Position numbers and translations under genes: made by a program. Below are positions 43,695 to 50,530 of a stretch of DNA of 64,000 nucleotides, piece after piece. The DNA is from an uncultured Lachnospiraceae bacterium. GTDB taxonomy: Bacteria > Bacillota > Clostridia > Lachnospirales > Lachnospiraceae. The DNA lies in the NCBI GenBank assembly GCA_902469965.1, contig CABREP010000001.1, forward strand, positions 26,807 to 90,806, read 5' to 3'. Numbering within the stretch: the stretch's first letter is position 1; each line of letters begins with the position of its first letter. A model generated the notes under the pieces. That model was not told the DNA's origin and made no database searches. It worked only from the letters and a program-made list of their open reading frames with translations.

Positions 43695-44736
43695 TTTGCG
43701 TGAAAAAATAAAAAGACTTTACGGGCAGTATGGAGTCTATGTTCAGATAGCGGCAAAGTTCCTGCTTGCGCTGGCGATTCTGCTGTTTATCGGCGCGGCA
43801 CTTCCTTTTAATGCAGTGCTGGGCAATATTTTTGTTCAGCTGATCCTGGCGCTGATCTGTTCGATCATACCGCTGCAGGGGATTGCGCTGGTAGGCTGTC
43901 TGGCAGTGGTGGGACAGTGTTTCTCCCTGAGTGCGGAAGTGGGCGTCCTAGCGGTGATTCTGCTGCTGGCAGTTCTGCTGCTGTATTTTCGGATCACACC
44001 GAAAGACAGTCTGGCGCTGGTTTTAACACCGCTTGCCTTTGGAATCGGAATACCGGCAGCGGTTCCGATGGGATTCGGGCTGGTGGGAGGAATTGGATCC
44101 TGTCTTTCTTCAGGCTGCGGAGTGATTTTCTATACCTTTATTCATGCGATCCAGACGCATCTGGAAGAACTGCAGAATCCGGAACTGGAGATGTTGAAGC
44201 GGTCCAAGATTATTCTGGATTCTATGATGAAAGAAGATAACCTGATCGTTCTGGTGATTTTGTTTGCTGCAGTTACAATTATTGTAAATGCAGTCCGCAG
44301 ACTGTCAGTGGATTACTCCTGGTATCTTGCCATTGGCACGGGCGCAGTGGCCTATCTGGCGATCAGCATTGCAGTCTCCATATTTTCGGGAAATTCGGGG
44401 AGCCTGCTTCCGGCGATCCTGGGAGTGGCCGGTGCGGTAGTGGTCAGCCTGATTCTCCAGTTTTTCCTTTTTCATGTGGATTACAGAAGGACGGAGTACC
44501 TGGAATATGAAGACGATGAGTACCATTATTATGTAAAGGCCGTTCCCAAGGTGGTGGCTGATCTGGCTGTGCGGCCGAAGAGAGCATCTGCAGAGCCGGA
44601 GGTGCAGGATACCGGGGCGGCCGCGGAGGACGGGAGCGGACTGGAAGAAGAACATGCTTCTCCGGTAGTAGCTCCGCCGGAAGTGGAAACGATCGATTTT
44701 GAATCAAAACTGGAAGAATCATTGAAAGATCTGTAA
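43678..44736 (+). CDS. Hypothetical polytopic membrane protein with acidic C-terminal tail
   Basis: 352 aa with about 8 hydrophobic segments and a C-terminal E/D-rich region of about 90 aa. I do not recognise a family. Confidence 0.65.
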   Translation: MTMLVDLREKIKRLYGQYGVYVQIAAKFLLALAILLFIGAALPFNAVLGNIFVQLILALICSIIPLQGIALVGCLAVVGQCFSLSAEVGVLAVILLLAVLLLYFRITPKDSLALVLTPLAFGIGIPAAVPMGFGLVGGIGSCLSSGCGVIFYTFIHAIQTHLEELQNPELEMLKRSKIILDSMMKEDNLIVLVILFAAVTIIVNAVRRLSVDYSWYLAIGTGAVAYLAISIAVSIFSGNSGSLLPAILGVAGAVVVSLILQFFLFHVDYRRTEYLEYEDDEYHYYVKAVPKVVADLAVRPKRASAEPEVQDTGAAAEDGSGLEEEHASPVVAPPEVETIDFESKLEESLKDL

Positions 44737-44768
44737 GCGTTCAGAACGTTCAGAAAGGAGGCAGTTAG

Positions 44769-45662
44769 ATGACGCAGATATTAAGGGATGCGTTACAGAA
44801 TATTTCCTGGCCCACGAATGTGGAGATCATGGACTTTGTCCAGATCCTTCTGATTGCCTTTTTTGTGTATCATCTGATGCTCTGGATCAAAAATACCCGG
44901 GCCTATACCCTGCTTAAGGGAATTGTTCTGGTAATTGTCTTTCTGCTGGTGGCCAGGATTTTTGAAATGCACACAATTCTCTGGATTTTCAAAAATCTGA
45001 GTATGGTAGCCGTTACCGGAATGATCGTTATCTTTCAGCCTGAGCTGCGCAAGGCGCTGGAGCAGCTGGGAGAGAAGAAGGTGATCTCCACCATTATTCC
45101 TTTTGACGGAGGAAAAGAAGGGGAAACTGTGATCAGCGACCATACTATAAATGAGCTGATCCGGGCGACCTACGATATGGCGGAAGTAAAGACGGGGGCG
45201 CTGATCGTGATCGAGAAAAATATTCTTCTCTCCGAGTACGAGAAGACAGGGATTATCCTGGATTCGGAGATCAGCAGTCAGCTGTTGATTAATATTTTTG
45301 AACACAACACGCCGCTCCATGACGGGGCTGTGATGATCCGGAATGACCGTCTGGTGGCGGCAACCTGCTATCTACCCCTGTCAGAGAATATGGATCTGAA
45401 CAAAAATCTGGGGACAAGGCACCGGGCCGGCGTGGGGATCAGCGAGGTGAGCGATGCCCTTACAATCGTAGTTTCTGAGGAAACAGGAAAAGTCTCCTAC
45501 ACACTGAAGGGGGCGATCCACACCAATGTCCCGCCCAGCGAGCTGAGGGAGCAGCTGCACAGCATTCAGAAGAAAATCGAGAAGTCAGAGAGCGGCAAAT
45601 TCAGGATATGGAAAGGGAAGGTGAAAGAGAATGAACAGACTCAAAAATCTTCTGACCAATAA
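44769..45662 (+). CDS. cdaA: Diadenylate cyclase CdaA (DacA)
   Basis: It has three N-terminal TM helices and a DAC domain with DGAVMI...GTRHRAGVGISEVSDALTIVVSEETG. Confidence 0.92.
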   Translation: MTQILRDALQNISWPTNVEIMDFVQILLIAFFVYHLMLWIKNTRAYTLLKGIVLVIVFLLVARIFEMHTILWIFKNLSMVAVTGMIVIFQPELRKALEQLGEKKVISTIIPFDGGKEGETVISDHTINELIRATYDMAEVKTGALIVIEKNILLSEYEKTGIILDSEISSQLLINIFEHNTPLHDGAVMIRNDRLVAATCYLPLSENMDLNKNLGTRHRAGVGISEVSDALTIVVSEETGKVSYTLKGAIHTNVPPSELREQLHSIQKKIEKSESGKFRIWKGKVKENEQTQKSSDQ

Positions 45663-46917
45663 CCTTGCCCTGAAGATCATTTCTGTTGTCATTGCCCTGA
45701 TGATCTGGCTGGTGGTGGTCAATGTGGACGACCCCATTGATTCTCAGACTTACCGGGCAATCCCGGTTCAGGTGAAAAACAGCGGTTACATCGAGAGCAT
45801 GAATAAAACGTACCGGATCGAAGATGAGGACAGTACAGTCTCGGTGATTTTGAAAGGCAAGCGGTCCGTGATCAAAAACCGTCAGAATGATATTACGGCG
45901 GCGGCGGACCTTACCCAGATCATAGATCTGGATTCGGATCCCGTTATGGTTCCGGTAACTGTGACCTGTCCCGGTGTGGAGGCAGAGGACATCACTGTAA
46001 TTCCGAGAAATATTCCGGTGATTATTGAGGATGCGGCAAGTATCGATCCTATGGTGTCCGTAAATGCCAGCAATATCAAGCCGGCCAATGGTTATGAAGT
46101 AGGAGAGATCAGCGTAAATCCGGAAAATATCGTGATTACAGGTCCAAAGACAATTATCCAGCAGATCGACCGCGTAGTGGCTGAGGTGGAAGTAAACGGG
46201 ATCAGCCAGGATACGACGGTTCAGGCCAAGCTTAAAATCGTGGATAAGAATAAAGAAGAACTGTCAGAAGCAAAAATGTCCTATCTGAAGTTCAGCAGCG
46301 GGTCGGCCAATGTAAATGTGGACATCCGGCTGTGGGAGGTAAGGGACGGCGTGAAGCTGAAGGCCGATTATAAGGGAAGCGTTCCTTCCGGCTATCAGGT
46401 CAGCGAGACGACTACCACTCCGGAAGAAATCTCAGTGGCAGGATCGCCGGAAGCCCTGGAAGCCCTGGCGGAGAATGGAAATGAGATTATCATTCCATCC
46501 GGGGATCTGGAGAGGAACGATGAGTTTGAGTGGACCCTGGATCTGTCCCAGTATCTGCCGGAAGGTCTTAAGCTGGCAACCGACGTTACAAACAGGATCC
46601 AGGTGAAAGCGGTGATCATTCCGCTGGGAAGCCGAAGCCTGAATCTGGAAGTGACGAGCATCACGGTGCAGAATCAGGATATTGATCTGGATGTGGCCTA
46701 TGATGAAAAGCAGGTGATCGTCAGTGTAAAGGCGGCTTCCGACATTTTGGATAAGCTTACCGTGGGCGATATTTCAGCGACCATAGACCTGAAGGATCTG
46801 GGCGCGGGGGACTATACCGTACCGGTATCAGTCACACTGCCGGATGGGTATGAGCTGGTAGAACCGGTGGAACTGAGCCTGCACCTGATGGAAAAAGAAA
46901 AAACAGGGGAAAGTTAA
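45631..46917 (+). CDS. cdaR: CdaA regulatory protein CdaR (YbbR-domain repeats)
   Basis: 428 aa with an N-terminal TM and repeated YbbR-like beta modules. It overlaps the cdaA 3' end, which is the classical arrangement. Confidence 0.85.
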   Translation: MNRLKNLLTNNLALKIISVVIALMIWLVVVNVDDPIDSQTYRAIPVQVKNSGYIESMNKTYRIEDEDSTVSVILKGKRSVIKNRQNDITAAADLTQIIDLDSDPVMVPVTVTCPGVEAEDITVIPRNIPVIIEDAASIDPMVSVNASNIKPANGYEVGEISVNPENIVITGPKTIIQQIDRVVAEVEVNGISQDTTVQAKLKIVDKNKEELSEAKMSYLKFSSGSANVNVDIRLWEVRDGVKLKADYKGSVPSGYQVSETTTTPEEISVAGSPEALEALAENGNEIIIPSGDLERNDEFEWTLDLSQYLPEGLKLATDVTNRIQVKAVIIPLGSRSLNLEVTSITVQNQDIDLDVAYDEKQVIVSVKAASDILDKLTVGDISATIDLKDLGAGDYTVPVSVTLPDGYELVEPVELSLHLMEKEKTGES

Positions 46918-46930
46918 GGGGGTATTGATT

Positions 46931-47194
46931 ATGATCAGTCAGAAAATAGTTATCACAAATCCGACAGGCCTGCATCTTCGCCCGGCGGGATACCTGTGCA
47001 ATCAGGCGATCAAATTTAAATCTCTGATCACATTCACGTTCGGAGATACAACTGCAAATGCGAAAAGTGTGCTCAGTGTGCTGGGCGCCTGTGTAAAATG
47101 CGGGGATGAGATCGAACTGGTCTGTGAGGGAGAAGATGAGGAAGAAGCGCTCCAGCATATGGTGGCTGCGATCGAGAGCGGCCTGGGAGAGTAG
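46931..47194 (+). CDS. HPr-family phosphocarrier protein
   Basis: It has NPTGLHLRPAG (His-15 context) and ANAKSVLSVLGA (Ser-46 context). ATG 46931 follows an AAGGGGGT RBS. Confidence 0.85.
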   Translation: MISQKIVITNPTGLHLRPAGYLCNQAIKFKSLITFTFGDTTANAKSVLSVLGACVKCGDEIELVCEGEDEEEALQHMVAAIESGLGE

Positions 47195-47253
47195 AAAAAA
47201 ATAAGAAAGAGGCAGTATCCCGGGAGGGATACTGCTGCTTGCGTTAAGAAAGG

Positions 47254-47832
47254 ATGAAAGTTATGGGAAAAATTACAGTAGAAACCTGCGAAATTGAAGG
47301 ATTAAAAGTGATCACACCGGCGGTGTTCGGGGATGAGAGAGGATATTTTATGGAGACTTATAATTATAACGATTATAAGGCTGCCGGTATTGATATGGAG
47401 TTTGTTCAGGATAATCAGTCCAGTTCCAGAAAAGGAGTGCTTCGCGGCCTTCATTTTCAGATCAATTATCCGCAGGATAAGCTGGTGCGCGTAGTGAGCG
47501 GAGAAGTTTTTGACGTGGCTGTGGATCTGCGTCCCGGTTCTGCTACTTTTGGAAAATGGTATGGTGTGCTGCTCTCAGCAGAAAATAAGAAACAGTTCTT
47601 TATCCCGAAGAATTTTGCCCATGGCTTTATTGTGCTGTCTGATTCAGCAGAATTTGCCTACAAATGTACAGATTTTTACCATCCCAACGATGAGGGCGGT
47701 CTGGCCTGGAATGATCCGGAGATCGGTGTAGAATGGCCGATGCCGGAGGGCATGACAAAAGAGGATCTGATCATTTCCGAGAAAGATCAGAAATGGTCAG
47801 GAATCGGAGCGTATAAAAAGGGACAGGAGTAA
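47254..47832 (+). CDS. rfbC: dTDP-4-dehydrorhamnose 3,5-epimerase
   Basis: It has FGDERGYFMETY...GVLRGLHFQ...QDKLVRVVSGEVFDVAVDLR...HGF motifs. The alternative start ATG 47263 has better RBS spacing. Confidence 0.92.
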   Translation: MKVMGKITVETCEIEGLKVITPAVFGDERGYFMETYNYNDYKAAGIDMEFVQDNQSSSRKGVLRGLHFQINYPQDKLVRVVSGEVFDVAVDLRPGSATFGKWYGVLLSAENKKQFFIPKNFAHGFIVLSDSAEFAYKCTDFYHPNDEGGLAWNDPEIGVEWPMPEGMTKEDLIISEKDQKWSGIGAYKKGQE

Positions 47833-47836
47833 TAGC

Positions 47837-49225
47837 ATGTCAAAGAAAAAACTGTGTGTGGGGCTGGGAGCTGTTCTCGTCTGGATTTTGCTGAATATCT
47901 GTATTTTTTCTTATCACGTTCCTGTGAATACACAGTGTCAGCTGAATATGAAGGTGGAGGGGGAACAGAAGAGTATTGTTCAGGTTTACTATCGTCTGAA
48001 TGGGGAATTTACAGAGACAAACAGCGCGGTGCAGAGCTATGAGGGCGGAGGAACAGAGCAGGAGCTGAGTTTTCCTGTCTCATCGGAGGCCGATGCCTTC
48101 CGGATAGACTTTGGAGATCAGCCGGGAGCCTCATATACAGTGAGTGATATCTGTTTTGCGGCGGAAGGCCAGAAGATGGAGAAATGGACGTGGGAACTGG
48201 AGAACCCGATAGAGAAGCTGCAGGTTTCCTATCAGGCTGACAGTGAAGAGGGAAGTTTTCTGGCAGAGACAGAAGGCACAGACCCTCATGTGATCTTTCA
48301 GGCGGAAGCGGGAGATCTGAGAGGTGTTATGGAAGAGGCGGCACAGAAGGAAAACTTCTGGAAAAACTGCATTCTCGGCTTGCTTTTGAACGGCGGAGCA
48401 GTTCTTGTGATTCTGTTTCGGAAGAAATTTTTTGAACTGCCCAGGGAGCTGTATCAGAACCGCAGACTGATCATGAACCTTTCTAAAAATGATTTTAAGA
48501 CGAAGTATGCGGGATCTTATCTGGGAATTGTCTGGGCGTTTATTCAGCCGATCGTTACGATATTAGTATATTGTTTCGTATTTACGGTAGGATTCCGGAG
48601 CGGTGATGTGGCCAATTATCCCTTTGTGCTGTATCTGATTTCCGGTATGGTGCCCTGGCTCTTTTTCCAGGATGCTTTAAATGGAGGCACCAATTCTCTG
48701 ATTGAATACAGTTATCTGGTGAAAAAGGTAGTATTTAAGATCAGTATTCTTCCTATTGTGAAGATTATATCGGCACTTTTTGTCCACCTGTTTTTTATTG
48801 CCTTTTCTCTGGTTGTATTTTCTCTGTACGGATATACGCCTACGATTTATACGGTTCAGATTTTGTATTATTCTGCCTGTACGTTCCTGTTTTCGCTGGC
48901 ACTGGTGTATGCAACCAGCGCTATTGTGATCTTTTTCAGGGATCTGACGCAGATTATCAATATTGTTTTGCAGGTGGGCGTCTGGATGACTCCGATTATG
49001 TGGGATCTGAATATGCTTTCCAATCATCCTCTGCTGATGAAATTGTTCAAGTTCAATCCTATGTATTATATCGTGAATGGATACAGAGATTCCATGCTGG
49101 CTCAGGTCTGGGCGATTGAGCGTTGGAAATGGGGATTATACTTCTGGGTTGTCACCGGCCTGCTGTTCCTTTTGGGTGCGGTGATCTTTAAAAAACTGAA
49201 AATACATTTTGCGGATGTATTGTAG
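47837..49225 (+). CDS. ABC-2 type polysaccharide export permease (Wzm/TagG-like) fused to an N-terminal extension of about 195 aa
   Basis: The C-terminal 260 aa or so is a typical 6-TM ABC-2 permease (DFKTKYAGSYLGIVWAFIQP...). The N-terminus has a TM, a beta-rich domain of about 150 aa and a second TM. Confidence 0.85.
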   Translation: MSKKKLCVGLGAVLVWILLNICIFSYHVPVNTQCQLNMKVEGEQKSIVQVYYRLNGEFTETNSAVQSYEGGGTEQELSFPVSSEADAFRIDFGDQPGASYTVSDICFAAEGQKMEKWTWELENPIEKLQVSYQADSEEGSFLAETEGTDPHVIFQAEAGDLRGVMEEAAQKENFWKNCILGLLLNGGAVLVILFRKKFFELPRELYQNRRLIMNLSKNDFKTKYAGSYLGIVWAFIQPIVTILVYCFVFTVGFRSGDVANYPFVLYLISGMVPWLFFQDALNGGTNSLIEYSYLVKKVVFKISILPIVKIISALFVHLFFIAFSLVVFSLYGYTPTIYTVQILYYSACTFLFSLALVYATSAIVIFFRDLTQIINIVLQVGVWMTPIMWDLNMLSNHPLLMKLFKFNPMYYIVNGYRDSMLAQVWAIERWKWGLYFWVVTGLLFLLGAVIFKKLKIHFADVL

Positions 49226-49235
49226 GAGAGAAAGA

Positions 49236-50528
49236 ATGTCAGAAATTGCAATTCAGGTTGAACACTTAAATAAAATGTATAAACTGTATGATAAGCCCAT
49301 GGACCGGCTGAAAGAGTCCCTGGGTCTGTCAAAACAGAAGAAGTATAAAGAACATTATGCACTGCGGGATGTGTCTTTGTCTGTAAAACGGGGAGAGACT
49401 GTGGGAATCATCGGAACGAATGGTTCAGGAAAATCCACGATCCTGAAGATCATCACAGGTGTATTAAATCCGACAGACGGAAAGGTGGAGGTAAACGGAA
49501 GAATTTCTGCCCTTCTGGAATTGGGCGCGGGCTTTAATATGGAATATTCCGGACTGGAGAATGTTTATCTGAACGGTACTATGATTGGATTTTCCAAAGA
49601 AGAGATTGATGAAAAACTGGAGGATATCCTGAATTTTGCAGATATTGGAGAGTTTATCCATCAGCCCGTGAAGACCTACTCCAGTGGAATGTTTGTCCGT
49701 CTGGCTTTTGCCGTAGCCATTAATATTGAACCGGAAATCCTCATCGTAGATGAGGCACTTTCCGTAGGAGATGTCTTCTTTCAGGCAAAATGCTATCGGA
49801 AATTTGAAGAATTCAAAAAAATGGGGAAAACCATTCTCTTTGTAAGCCACGATCTGGGCAGTATCAGCAAGTACTGTGACAGAGTTATCCTGCTTAATAA
49901 GGGTGTGAAACTGCGGGAAGGCAAGCCGAGAGAAATGATCGATCTCTATAAGAAAGTACTGGTGAATCAGTTTTCGGATGATGAAGAAGAGGAACAGGAA
50001 GAGGAATCCAAAGTAAAAGCACAGAGCCGGGAGCAGGGAGAAGGCAGCTGGAAAGATTATATGCTGATGAATCCGGAAGTTCAGAGTTATGGCGACGGGC
50101 GGGCGGAAATTATTGATTTTGGCGTCTTCGATGAAGAAGATGAGGTGACAAATACAATCTATAAAATGAAGAAATTTTCTATCCGGCTTCGGGTTCGTTT
50201 TCAGGAAGAGATTAAAAATCCGATTCTGGCCTTCAGTCTGAAGGACTTAAAAGGAACGGAACTGACGGGAACCAATACGGTGATTGAAAAGATTGATACC
50301 GGTACAGTGTCAAGCGGAGAGATTGTGGAGATCAGTTTTTCCCAGGTTATGCGGCTGCAGGGGGGGCAGTATCTGCTTCAGCTGGGCTGCACCGGCTTTG
50401 AAAACGGGGATAATTTTGTTGTATATCACCGGCTGTATGATGTGTGCTGCATTCAGGTGATCGGAGATAAAACCACAGTCGGATATTTTGATATGGATTC
50501 AAAGGTTCAATACACGAAAGGAAACTAG
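49236..50528 (+). CDS. Polysaccharide ABC exporter ATP-binding protein (Wzt/TagH-like) with a C-terminal Wzt_C-like carbohydrate-binding domain
   Basis: It has Walker A GTNGSGKST, signature YSSGM and Walker B ILIVDEALSVGD. An E-rich linker is followed by a beta-rich domain of about 160 aa (AEIIDFGVFDEEDE...ILAFSLKDLKGTELTGTNT...). Confidence 0.88.
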   Translation: MSEIAIQVEHLNKMYKLYDKPMDRLKESLGLSKQKKYKEHYALRDVSLSVKRGETVGIIGTNGSGKSTILKIITGVLNPTDGKVEVNGRISALLELGAGFNMEYSGLENVYLNGTMIGFSKEEIDEKLEDILNFADIGEFIHQPVKTYSSGMFVRLAFAVAINIEPEILIVDEALSVGDVFFQAKCYRKFEEFKKMGKTILFVSHDLGSISKYCDRVILLNKGVKLREGKPREMIDLYKKVLVNQFSDDEEEEQEEESKVKAQSREQGEGSWKDYMLMNPEVQSYGDGRAEIIDFGVFDEEDEVTNTIYKMKKFSIRLRVRFQEEIKNPILAFSLKDLKGTELTGTNTVIEKIDTGTVSSGEIVEISFSQVMRLQGGQYLLQLGCTGFENGDNFVVYHRLYDVCCIQVIGDKTTVGYFDMDSKVQYTKGN

Positions 50529-50530
50529 GG

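Noticed and set aside
44741-44760. A GTTCAGAACGTTCAGAA tandem/GAACGTTC palindrome before cdaA, considered as an SOS box.
   Set aside because: The Cheo box needs GAAC-N4-GTTC, whereas here the half-sites are contiguous (N0). This is probably just RBS-proximal sequence.
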